This document shows positions 11,786-23,476 of a stretch of DNA of 64,000 bases, piece after piece. This DNA is from Heterodontus francisci (lineage: Eukaryota): assembly GCF_036365525.1 (NCBI RefSeq), contig NW_027141721.1, positions 1 to 64,000 on the forward strand, in the 5' to 3' direction. Positions within the stretch are counted from its first letter, which is position 1. Each line of letters starts with the position of its first letter. Made by a program: the position numbers and the translations under genes. Below the pieces are notes generated by a model that did no database searches, was not told where the DNA came from, and saw only the letters and a list, made by a program, of their open reading frames with translations.

Positions 11786-14159
11786 AATCCTACTCTTGTC
11801 TCTTCCCCCAAATGTAATATTTAATAATTAGTGCTACCATAAACTCACACATGAAAGGAGGGGACCATTCGGCCTGTTGTGTGAATTCCAGCTCTTTGGT
11901 AGAACTAGCCAATTAATCCTACTCCCCACCCTGTTCTTCTCACATAACCCAGTAAACTATGTACCTTCAAACTCTCTCTATTTCCCTTTTGAAAGCTACT
12001 ATTGAAGTGAAGCTACTATTGAATCTGCTTTCAGCACCATGTCAGGCATTACATTCCAAATCACAACAACTCGCTGTTTAAACAAAATATTTCCTCATCC
12101 CCCTTTTTTTTGCCAACGACCTTAAATCTGTGTCCTTCTGGTTACCGAACCTCCTCCCACTGGAAAAAAAGGTTTCTCCCTTTTAACTCTATCAAAAGCC
12201 TTCCTGAGTTTCAGCACCTCAATTAAAATTTTCCCTGTACCTTCTCTGCTCCAAGGAGAACAATCCCAGCTTCTACAATCTCTTCACGATATCTGAAGTG
12301 CCTCAACTCTGGAACCATTCCAGTCAATCTACTCTGCATTCTCTCTGGGGACTTAACCTGTTTTCCAAAGGGTGGCACCAGGATGGAATACAATGCTGCT
12401 ACTGAGGCCTAAACAGTGTTTTATAAATGTTCATGATAACAGCTTTGCTTTTGCCCTCTGTGCCTCTGTTTACAGAGCCAAAAGGATTCAGTGTGCATTT
12501 TGATAGCCTTTTGAACCTGCCCTGCCACCTTCATAGATTTATGAACATACATCCCCCTGGTTTCTCTGTTCCTGCACCCAATTTAAAATTGTACCGTTTG
12601 AGAAACAATGTATTGGCTCAAAGAAAATAAGGGGAGTGTGTCCGAGCCAATATTTATCCCTCATTCAGCACTTCACATCCACCATTTCCGGTTATCTGGT
12701 CATTTAGTGCAATGATGCTTGTGGGATCTTGCTGTGCGCATTTTGGCTGAAACCTTTCCCTACATTACAACAGTGACTACACTCCACAGTCAGTTCTTTA
12801 ACTCTAAAGCTCTATGAGCGTAATATTGCGAAAGAAATACCTGAACAGGTTTGGGTTTACAGTCAAGACTCTGTGAGAATGCCATGAATATTAAAATGAT
12901 ACAATCATTAACATAATGACTGATGCCTAATTTTGTTACATTTTTGTTCTGAATATTGAACCAATGGAGATTTCAGGAGACTCCTCTTCACCCAGAGAAT
13001 AGTGAGAATGTGGAATTCGCTTTTTTTTTTGACTCGGAGGTAAGAGTGTCACCACTGTGTAACTTCACTGAAATACTTAAACCCAAGATGTATTTTGAGA
13101 ACTGGTCTCTTTCTCAACCAGTTGAGCTGCAATTGACAGATGCAGTTTGACAATGGTGCGTCTTTACCAAGCACTCGTTCGTTTGGTACCTTTGCTGCAA
13201 TACACGAAAGTGCCTTGCGCACGTTGCTGTCCAAAATCTGCCTGTTTGCAAAGGGGCTGAACGCAAGTTTAATTTTGGTCTTAACAATTGTACTTTTATT
13301 GGGACTTCCTCCCTCCGGGATTCACCACGCTGTTGTTTGTCTTCAATTAATTTTCCCTTTATATTTTGTCTGCTTTTCCTGGTTACTTGCGAATGTGTCT
13401 TTATTTTAAGAATAAGTTTAATAAAACAACACTGATCTCCCCTTCGCCTTCTCTGCTCCAAGGAGAACAATCCCAGCTTCTCCCATTTCTAAACACAAGT
13501 GAAACCTCCCCATGTCTGGTACCATTCTAGTAAACATCTTCTGCACCCTCTCTATGGCCTTGACATCCTTCCTAAAGTGTGTTCGCCACGAATTGGTCAC
13601 AATACTCCAGGCGAGGCCTACCTGGTGATTAATAACAACAAAAAATTGCATTTAACTAGCACCGTTGATGCAGTGAAAAATCACACCATCAGAGCAACTC
13701 AGACAGCAACTTGATACCGAGTTATCGAAGTAGATATTAGGGACAGGTGACCTGTCAAAGAAGTAGGTTCTAAGATACTTCTCAAAGAAGGAGAGAGGGA
13801 GAGAAGCAGAGGTGTATAAGGAGGGAATTCCAGGGTTTAGGGCTCAGGCAGCTGAAGGCACAGCCGCCAATGGTGGGTTCGAGGGAGGGCAGGATGCACA
13901 AGAGGCCAGAATTGGAGGAGCACAGAGAAATCATCAGGGTTTCTTTTAGGTCCAGAGGAAGTTACAGAAATAAGGAGCCACCGCCTCACTGACAGAACAA
14001 TGCACGAATCCCGCGTAAATGTCCCCTACACGTGAAATGAATCCTCGTGTTCATCTGCTAAAATCCCTCCCCACAATTAGAGAACTGCATCCGTAGAACA
14101 ACAGCAGACTTCTGTCCATCCATCATTAACTGAGACCTCTTGTACTGTCAGCTACTCAC

Positions 14160-14210
14160 CCGAAACGCTTAGCTTCGTGCCCCCTCCAGAATACTGTTCA
14201 TATCCTGAAG
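14160..14210 (-). CDS. TRBJ: J segment SGYEQYSGGGTKLSVS (non-canonical SGGG)
   Basis: 12-RSS caccatg-12-actaaaact (14211-14238). Donor gtgagt. Confidence 0.9.
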
Positions 14211-15227
14211 CACCATGCTACAACCCTACACTAAAACTAACAAGAGTGTCTCTCCCCTCCAGATGGATGGAGTTGGTGCTGGGGATTTTACATCGAAATT
14301 CATTGAAATCGCAACAATCTAACCAAAGTTCTATATAAGTTTCATGTAACTTCTGTGCTTTGGAATGCTAGCTAATCCCCTGCAAAGGAAGCCCTGTGCT
14401 TTGCTTGCTGTTATTATTGGATATTAGTCAATATTAAAGATGCAGACAAGTACTATGTCGCACTGCATCAGGGGATACCAATTAGAATTAAGCCTTCAGG
14501 TTGCTCAATCTTCTGCGAACACCCAGAGCTTCTTGCTGCTTCACCATAACCCTACATTTGTTCGCCTTCAAGTATGCATCAAATGCATTGTTTGAGCTAT
14601 TTTCAGGCAGTGCATTCCACATCACAACAATTGGCTGTGTAAAAGCAAATACTCATCTCCCTCTTTGTTTCTTTTGCCAATCACAAATCTGTTCTCTTTG
14701 CTTACCGACTCTTCTCCCAGCAGAAATGAGTTATTCTTATTTACTCTATTACAAACCATATGATTTTGGACATTTTGAATATGATATTAATTCTCACCTT
14801 AACCTTCTCTTCTCTAAGGAGAACAACCCCAGTTTCTCCAGTATCTCCACACAATTGAAGTCATTCATCCCTGGTACCACACTGGCAAATCTTCTTTAAC
14901 CTTCTCTGCTCCAAGGAGAACAATATTCAGCTTTTCCAGTCTCTCTACAAAGCTGAAATCCTTTCTCCCTGGTATCAATCCTCCCACCACCACTTAATCT
15001 TCTCTGCTTTATCCTACTTGTTTTCAGAATACATCTTGCTGAAATATTGCGAAATAAATATAATAATTATTACGATAATTTGGTAATAAGTGGGGCAACG
15101 AGGGAAATCTGGGTAGCAGGGTCAGACATACAGCACTGTGCAGTTACGTACTGGAGTGCAATGCCATGGGTAAATATGCAACTAACTTAATTGACGCACT
15201 CAAAACGTTACATTTTTTAAAACTTAC

Positions 15228-15279
15228 CCAACACTGTTAATTTGGAACCGGGGCCAAAATGAAAGTTAGTAGTTACATC
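15228..15279 (-). CDS. TRBJ: J segment DVTTNFHFGPGSKLTVL
   Basis: FGXG motif. RSS cacaatg-12-cagaaaact (15280-15307). Donor gtaagt. Confidence 0.93.
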
Positions 15280-15915
15280 CACAATGCTACATTCCTATCA
15301 GAAAACTAGGATTGCCTAACAGTTCCCGTAGACTGCCAATGCAGTAGCTTGTTCCCTATATTTATTTAGTATGCCAAGAAAGCAAGTAGTGAAATTGTTA
15401 AACTGTTTGGACATTGCCAAGTACCTCTCACTTTGAATTCTGATTTGAAATAGTGTTTCAGCATAAATGTAAGTCAATTCCTTATGCACTCAATTTAGTT
15501 ATTTTCTTGAAGGAAGACTAGGTGAGTTTGCCATTTAGTATCTAATCTTCTACAACCTTGACTAGATCTAGTCTTTGTTTATTACATTCAATCATTTTTG
15601 TTGGGTCAGTGTGTTAAAGGTTATGGAACCAAAGACGGTAGCTGGAGCTAAGATAAAACTCAGCCATGATTTAAGTGAATGGTGTAAGAGGCTCAAGGGA
15701 TGAATGGTCCTTTGTGGCTTCTTGTGTTTGATTGGAGTCCTTTCAAAATCGTTGAGTCGGGTTTGCATCTGTTATAAACTCGACAGTGGCCCTTCCTGAG
15801 TTCAGCCTTTAAGATAATCACTACTAGTTGAGCCTTGCCTCTCTGCTTTTACATTGGTGAAGATTAATGCTTTTACATTGACCACTGGGGGGACACATCG
15901 CTCGGTTTTACATAC

Positions 15916-15971
15916 CCAGAACTGTTAATCTTGTCCCATCGCCAAAGCGGAGAGGTGTGCTGTTTCCAGCA
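15916..15971 (-). CDS. TRBJ: J segment AGNSTPLRFGDGTRLTVL
   Basis: FGXG motif. Heptamer cacagtg 15972-15978; best nonamer attaaaact follows an 11-nt spacer. Donor gtatgt. Confidence 0.93.
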
Positions 15972-16527
15972 CACAGTGTTACAAGCAGTATTAAAACTGC
16001 TGGGGACCAATGATTACACGATACTTCATCGAATGCTCTGACACCTTTGAACAATTATAATTCAACCAATTGCAATGTGTAGATTTGTCTGTCCTTTTCT
16101 CCACCATTCCATTTTAAAGCAGAGAAATTATGGTAAAATTTGCTTAGACGTTCTTGGAGCTCTGTGCACAGTTCTGGTCTCCATATCCCTCGGTTAGACC
16201 ACACTTGGATCACTGTGCACAGTTCTCGTCTTCATACATATTTACCTATCAGGAAAGACTGAATAGCCTTTATGATAGATAAGAGAAGGCTTAGAGGTGA
16301 CCTGAAAGAGGCGTCTAAGATTATGAAAGGGTTGGGGGGTTCCAGAGGGTAGACACAGAGAAGTCTGGTAACGTTGTCTTTGCAAAATTGTGCATCTTGG
16401 GATACAAATTTACTCAAGTTTTCCAGTATGTGGCCAGGTTTGTGAGTTTTGGCAGAATTACGAAGCAATGAATGAACACTTAGAGGGAATTAAATTTGAA
16501 TATTGAGATCTATTCTTGTTCACCTAC

Positions 16528-16576
16528 CTAGAACGTAATCCCAGAGCCAAAGTAAGAGATCGAGGTCCCAGCTGCA
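16528..16576 (-). pseudogene. TRBJ: J pseudogene (AAGTSISYFGSG then frameshift/stop)
   Basis: About 7 nt missing after FGSG, so that frame hits TAG. RSS cacaata-12-tgtaaaact and donor gtaggt are retained. Confidence 0.85.
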
Positions 16577-16609
16577 CACAATATCACAGGCCAGTTGTAA
16601 AACTACCAG

Positions 16610-17155
16610 GGCCCTCAGTTACGCCTGAGCTGGAGTCTCGTGCCCAATTCAGGGCACCACACTTTTGGAAGGATGTCAAGGTCTTGGAGAGCGTGCAGAG
16701 AGAGATTTACTGGAATGGTCCTAGAAATGAGGGACTCAGTTATGTGGACAGACTGGAGAAGGTGGGATTGTTCTCCCAGAGAAGGTGAAGGAGAGATTTA
16801 ATAGTTGATTTCAAAGCCACGAAGGGCTTTGTTAGAGTCAGTAGGGGGAGACTGATTCCACAGGCCGGAGATTTCACAACCAGAGAACATAGATTTAAGG
16901 CAATTGGCAAAAGATCCAGATGTTTATTGAGGGGCCATTTCTTTACACAACGACTTGTTATGATATGGAATGCATTACCTGAAAATGTGATAGATACTGA
17001 TTGCATATTGAACTTCAAAAAAGAATTGGAGCATAGTTCAAAAAGGCGAAAATTGCAGGGCTGTATAGAAAGAAAAGGGGTGAGGGAGGCGAATTGGAGA
17101 ACATTTCCCAACAGCCGACTCGAGTAAGATGGGCCGAGTGGTATTCTTGTGTCCA
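16610..17155 (+). mobile_element. CR1-like LINE 3' fragment
   Basis: APHFWKDVKVLESVQR and FFTQRLVMIWNALP. Confidence 0.8.
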
Positions 17156-17754
17156 ACATGCATACTTGTCGAATTATTTCCATCAACTGTTTTTTTTAGA
17201 AGTCTGTCCCATTATCAACAGTGAGCATTCATTCCAGAAGATCACTGTTTCAGGACGTTAATCATAACAAGCTGAACAAACTCTGTTTCAGAATGGGATT
17301 GAATTTTATACGGATGAAGGCAAAGCACAATCTTCTAAAACAAAATCGAAGCGGTCATTTTTATTAATTAGTGTGAGGTTAACAATTTTATGCGGCAACA
17401 GCTCAGAATTGTTGACTTAATTTTGGCTGCAAGCCCATAAAGTATGGATTGACAAAAGTATTAGGGTCATGTCTTTCCAGCCATGTCTATCCTGGATTCT
17501 ACTCCACCCAATAACCCTCCTGAGAAAAGAGCCTGAGGAATGTCTCCCAATTCCAAAACAATTCAGCCAATCACAAGAAGGCATTTCCAACATAACATTC
17601 TACGTTGGACAACCCAATGCACTTCTCTGTCGGTTTAATGTCACACAGCATTTTCTATATTTTTGAAAGGATAATAAGATTGTCGATGTGCTGGTTGATA
17701 ATTCGAAAACTGGACACTAATGGGAAACTACAGAATATGATGATAGACTATCCC

Positions 17755-18275
17755 TTCTTCTTTCTTTTCTTTCTTTTGGGCCTACTTATCTCGAGAGACA
17801 ATGGATACGCGCCTGGAGGTGGTCAGTGGTTTGTCAAGCAGCGCCTGGAGTGGCTATAAAGGCCAATTCTGGAGTGACAGGCTCTTCCACAGGTGCTGCA
17901 GAGAAATTTGTTTGTCGGGGCTGTTGCACAGTTGTCTGTCCCCTTGCGCCTCTGTCTTTTTTCCTGCCAACTACTAAGTCTCTTCGACTCGCCACAATTT
18001 AGCCCTGTCTTTATGGCTGCCCGCCAGCTCTGGCGAACGCTGGCAACTGACTCCCACGACTTGTGATCAATGTCACACGATTTCATGTCGCGTTTGCAGA
18101 CGTCTTTATAGCGGAGACATGGACAGCCAGTGGGTCTGATACCAGTGGCGAGCTCGCTGTACAATGTGTCTTTGGGGATCCTGCCATCTTCCATGCGGCT
18201 CACATGGCCAAGCCATCTCAAGCGCCGCTGACTCAATAGTGTGTATAAGCTGGGAGTGTTGGCCGCTTCAAGGAC
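17755..18275 (-). mobile_element. RTE-like LINE 3' end inserted in J cluster
   Basis: QRRLRWLGHVSRMEDGRIPKDTLYSEL...CSTCGRACHSRIGLYSH C-terminal motif followed by an (AAG)n-like tail. Confidence 0.88.
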
Positions 18276-18310
18276 TAGTTAGACAAACAAAGTCTTTAAC
18301 ATTTACATAC

Positions 18311-18366
18311 CCAAAACTGTGAGCTTGGTCCCTTGGCCAAAATATAATGGTTCGGTCTTTCCATAA
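18311..18366 (-). CDS. TRBJ: J segment YGKTEPLYFGQGTKLTVL
   Basis: FGXG motif. RSS cacagtg-12-tacaaaact (18367-18394). Donor gtatgt. Confidence 0.95.
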
Positions 18367-19036
18367 CACAGTGTTACACTCCCATTACAAAACTATTACC
18401 CTCCAGACAACCTATTGCACCAGGAGGCGGCCATTCAGCCCCTCTATCCTGCTCCTCTATTCAAAGGCTGATCTGTACCTCACTTCATTTACCATTCTGA
18501 TCTCGATATCCCTCGATAACCTCCCCAAACAAAGTTATTTCCATCTCAATTTTGTCAGGTCTAATCGCCCTCCAGGATTCACAGCTTTTTGTTGAAGAGG
18601 GAGTTCCAGAGATCTTTTACAATCAATTATTATCATGTACTTTTACTACGGATTCCTCTGCGAGAGGTGAAATCAGAGGGTTTTCCATCAAAATATCTGA
18701 TGTTCGACATCCCAGTACGGCGTTAGTTTCACATAAAAAGCTACAATGAGATTCTTGATATTCCCATTGATAACTAGAATACTGGAGAGTTGTGGGCAAT
18801 CACAGAATATAACAATAGACCAACAAATGGCTTTATCAAGTTTGACTATCCCAGTGGATAGTGAATGGAACAATTTAACAATAGTGTTACTCTAAAAGAG
18901 AAGCAAATTAATCTCTTTTAAAGGCAGGCTGGAGATTGGGTCAAATCATGAACTAAACCCTCTCCACTCCCCATTGCAGGCAACATAATAGCAATTAAAC
19001 TGTAAAATGAATACAATGGTGTAACCGTTCACCTAC

Positions 19037-19089
19037 CGAAAACTACTATCTTGGTCCCATCGCCAAAAGTATAATCGTAGTTATTTGAG
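19037..19089 (-). CDS. TRBJ: J segment SNNYDYTFGDGTKIVVF
   Basis: FGXG motif. RSS cacagtg-12-tttaaaact (19090-19117). Donor gtaggt. Confidence 0.95.
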
Positions 19090-19560
19090 CACAGTGATGC
19101 CTGTCAGTTTTAAAACTCCCATCTAGTTAGAAATGCTAAAATGCACCGTCTTCGAAATGATGTACTCAAATTGTAGATTTACATACTATTAATGTGTGAT
19201 GTAAAGACAGCGGCAATGCACCCGAGATATTGGACAGGAGAACAAAAGGTTAGTTATAGGGCCTGGTGGAGGTTACAGAGACAGCGAGATTTGTCGGGAT
19301 TGGAGGATGTTACAGGGATAAGGAGAGTTATAGAGGCTGGAGGCGGTTACAGGGATAGGGAGACAGCGAGGCCTTGGGGTGAGTTGAAAACAAAGGTGAA
19401 AGATGTTTAAACCAAGATATTGCAGGTTCTGCTGCCAATATAAATCGGCGAGGTGATCCTGTGACCGAGAACATGATGTATTTTAGAGCATCTAATTTCG
19501 TCTGAGAATCTCAAGGATCCTCATTGACGAAAACAACAAAAGCTTCAGTTCTGTGCTCAC

Positions 19561-19613
19561 CTAAAACAATCAATTTTGTCCCGTCACCGAAGTAATACAG
19601 AGTATTTCCTGTA
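19561..19613 (-). CDS. TRBJ: J segment TGNTLYYFGDGTKLIVL
   Basis: FGXG motif. RSS cacaatg-12-agtataact (19614-19641). Donor gtgagc. Confidence 0.95.
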
Positions 19614-20669
19614 CACAATGTTACATGACAATAGTATAACTACAGGTCGAAGAGCAATGAAGCTGGTGCACTGATGCAAAACTTCACACACAATGCACTG
19701 GCGATTTGACTCTTTATGTCAAGGGCATTATAATGTTAATTAGAAAATCATTGTGAGGAATAGAAAGGGAAGTTCGTTACTCAGATAGTGGTAATAATGT
19801 GGAATGCACTACCACAGGGAATGGGTTGAGGTGAATTGTGGAGATGCTTTCAAGGAGTGAGTTGGAAAAAGACATGGGAGAGAAAGGAATAGAAGATTGG
19901 ATGAAGTAAGGGTGAGAGGAGGCTCGTGTGCAGTTTCACCACTGGTTTGCTTACACACTGTAAATTCTATATAATTAAATGTAATTATGATGTTTTATTT
20001 CACTCATTCTGGGGGAAGAACGATGACAGCATTTTTTGGAAACAAATAATCTGCCCTCTGAGAAAACGGTTAATAAATCTGCTACTGCCTCCCTGACAGG
20101 ACTGCGGAAAGACCTACACCCCATTGAGTGCAGGGGCGATGGTTGCAAAGTGATAATGTTACTGTGCTAGTAATGTTCTGGTTCAAATCCCGAGGGTAGC
20201 TAGAGGAATTAAACTTCAACTGATAAATGAAAGTCTGGTTTAACTGCATGAAACTATCGTCAATTGTCAGAAAATCCCGCCTGTTGTCAGAGAAGTGACT
20301 TCAGACTTCAGTTGACTCGCAACTGCCTTCTGAAACATCAAACCACCCAGTCCAAGAGCAATTAGGGTTGGCCAACAAATCTTGGCCTTGCCAGCGACGC
20401 CCATATCTGATGAAAAAAAATGAGCTCGCAAACCACTCAGAGGGCAATTAGGGATGGGCAATAAATTCTGGTCCACATGCCACGAACGAATTAAAAAAAT
20501 GTCTTTCCCTGTGCATCTTAGTATTTTCCATGTATTCTGGCTTTTATGCACATTGGAAATGCTGCCTGAAATTTTTTTGTTACTTGTCAATGCAACATTT
20601 CAGTTGCAAACTGAAACTCAGAAACAGCGTGAGCTGCAATCATTGTTTTTCAAAGAACGTCCAACTCAC

Positions 20670-20722
20670 CCAACACAGTCAGTTTTGTCCCGTCACCAAA
20701 GAAATAGTCGTAGCTTCCAGAA
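20670..20722 (-). CDS. TRBJ: J segment SGSYDYFFGDGTKLTVL
   Basis: FGXG motif. RSS cacagtg-12-tactaaact (20723-20750). Donor gtgagt. Confidence 0.95.
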
Positions 20723-21024
20723 CACAGTGTTTCAGCCCTGTTACTAAACTAGACTGGTCCCTGAAAAGTTGCCGAATATTTGAGTGAATAATACAGCTCT
20801 TGTTTGTTTGTCCATAGTAAGCTAAATGGGAGAAATTTTCCCTTCTTTAAACACATATCCAGTTCAAGAATCAGTCTTTCTCCTTCTCTCTCTCTCTGTC
20901 TCTGTTTGTATCTTAAATGCATTGGAAAAATGTCTTTCACCAATGAACCCGGAGCCTTAAACATCTTTCCGACCATTTCAGACAACATGCATTCTCAGAA
21001 TTGGCCTAACATTCCTGGACTCAC

Positions 21025-21074
21025 CTGTCACAACTAACTTGGTACCGCTTCCGAAGTAATATTGATTGCCAGAA
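21025..21074 (-). CDS. TRBJ: J segment SGNQYYFGSGTKLVVT
   Basis: FGXG motif. RSS cacagtg-12-aacaaaacc (21075-21102). Donor gtgagt. Confidence 0.96.
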
Positions 21075-22121
21075 CACAGTGAGAGACCCTTGTAACAAAA
21101 CCTCACAAGGCGAGGTGCAGGTCTTGTCTATATCACACTTGGACCCTGTCCTCGAAAGCGTTTGTAGATCACATCTCCTTAGTTTATATATCTCCTAATT
21201 TACATTTGTGGCTCACGAGCAAGGTCATAGAATCAGAAATATCCATCACTGAAGGGGAGACCATTCGGCCCATAGGACCTCTGCTGGCTTTATGAAAGGT
21301 TTTACCATCGTCCTGTATATTTCCCTTCGAGTATCTATCAATTTCCATTTTGAAAGTTTCTACTGAACCAACTTCCACCACCAGTTCAGATATGCCTTCC
21401 CGATCCAGTAACTACCTCTGTGGGAGAATGTCTCTTCATCCCGCCACTGGTCCTTTATGTCAATTGCCTCAAAACCTGTGTCCTCTGGTTACCGACCCAT
21501 CTACCAATGGAGACTGTTTCTGATTATTAATTCTATCCAAAACCTTCACTAATTTGAACACCTCTATTCAATCTCCATTTAACCTTTTCTGTTCTCCAGT
21601 CTCTCCAACTATCTGAGGTCCCTCATCTCTGGTACAATTCTGGTGAATCATTTCTGCTCCCAATCTAAGGCCTCGACAACCGTCATAAAGTGTGGTACCC
21701 AGGACTGAACACAATACTCCAGCTGGGACCTTACCAGTGATTTGTAAATGTTAATCCTCACTTCCTCACTCAACACCTCGTGAATTCTTAACCAATAATG
21801 GTGCGTTCCAGCATCATCAACTGGTCACTTCAAACATCTTGACCCTTTTTTTGACCAAGCTCACTCTCTATCTCACTCCTCGTATTAAACCAATAGAGTA
21901 ACATTCGGGACAGGGGTAGGCCATTCAGAGTCTGATTTCCCAGACAGCTATCACTTGTTGATTTCCACACACACAATCGGTCACAGTGAAGAAACGGATG
22001 GCAGCTGAATAGGGAATTTGATTAGCGTTATCTTCATATATTAATCTTGTAAATTTCAATCAGACTATACCATATCAGACCGTGCGGAATGATTCTCACT
22101 GACGCCACGTTAATCAGTTAC

Positions 22122-22173
22122 CTAAAACCACGAGGTTTGTGCCATCGCCAAATGTGTAGTCATTGTTCCCTGA
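22122..22173 (-). CDS. TRBJ: J segment SGNNDYTFGDGTNLVVL
   Basis: FGXG motif. RSS cacaatg-12-aacaaagct (22174-22201). Donor gtaact. Confidence 0.94.
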
Positions 22174-22606
22174 CACAATGTTACACAGTTGTAACAAAGC
22201 TAGGGAATCTTTAACTCTCTACACGCCGGTTAATTAAGCGCAGTTGCATCGTTTTGTATTGGGTTGCATTTGTTACCCCGCCCTTTCCCTCTTTACCTCT
22301 TTTTGTTATTTCTTTTGTCTTTGTCTCGACCTCTCCCATCTTTGTCTCTCTAATTTTCCGTCCCCTTTTCCCTGCATTTTGCTCCCAATCTGTCTCTCTG
22401 TAGATAAGGTTTGCCTCCCTAACCTTCCTCCATTTCCACCTCGCCATTGCCCTATGTTTAGTTGTTTTAACTGTTGCTTCGTTACTCTTTGTTTTTTTCT
22501 AAAGTTTATGGTCTCTCCCCTTTCTTCAAACTGACGGGGACAAACTGGCCGACAGTTTTAATAATTGCTGAGACCACTGATATGTTTCAACAAATATCTC
22601 ACTCAC

Positions 22607-22664
22607 CCAGGACTGTTAACTTAGTGCCGTCTCCAAAATATGATAGCTGGGTATTTCCTGCACC
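22607..22664 (-). CDS. TRBJ: J segment GAGNTQLSYFGDGTKLTVL
   Basis: FGXG motif. RSS cacatca-12-acaaaaaca (22665-22692). Donor gtgagt. Confidence 0.95.
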
Positions 22665-23214
22665 CACATCATCATGTGACAACACAAAAACATTCCTCAA
22701 TAGCGCCCTGCCAGTTTTCAGTGTCCATCTCATTAATATTTGATATTGCCCTTTGACTAACATGAGCTGACCATACAACAAAGTACACGCATAAAATAAC
22801 CGGGTGGGGAGGTGGGGGAGAGGGGGCTTGACCATTAAAGCTAGCAACATTCACAGTGCCGTCTATCTATCCATCTGTGAATATGTTAGATGTCCACAGA
22901 TACAGTGCTTATAATACTGGAAGATTTTACATGGAGTTGTTCATAATTATTAATTAACTTCTACACACAAGTTGGGGACCAGATAGCTCAGTTGTCTAAC
23001 GTGCCAGTTAGAAAAATGCTTACAGAACGGGTTCATTTCTCACCGTGTCTGGGGAAGGCAAGGGGAAGCCTCCTCATAGACACTGCTCCAGATTCATGCT
23101 CCTCTCTCCTGCTGGAGAAAAGGAGCAGAGAGCCAGTACATCAGATGACCACCAGCCTGCACAGACAAGATGAACCCAGCATCCCTGGCTTCATTGAATG
23201 AAGGTCTAACTCAC

Positions 23215-23271
23215 CCAATACTGTTAGAGCCGAACGTTCTCCAAAATGTAAAGGCTGGTAGCTCCCGCCTG
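23215..23271 (-). CDS. TRBJ: J segment GGSYQPLHFGERSALTVL (non-canonical FGER)
   Basis: Open frame. RSS cactata-12-accaaaaca (23272-23299). Donor gtgagt. Confidence 0.88.
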
Positions 23272-23426
23272 CACTATACTAAACAACATTACCAAAACAC
23301 ACCTTTGGATAGACCGATACACCGACAGAAAAGTAGCTACGTAGATCGATAAACATAAAGATGGATACACAGACCGATACATTGTGGATGATGGAACAAT
23401 AGATGTTTATATCGACGGTAACGTAC

Positions 23427-23476
23427 CTAAAACAGTTAACTTGGTACCAGCTCCGAAGTAGTAAATATCAGAAGAG
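23427..23476 (-). CDS. TRBJ: J segment SSDIYYFGAGTKLTVL
   Basis: FGXG motif. RSS cacaaag-12-atcaaaacc (23477-23504). Donor gtacgt. Confidence 0.95.
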
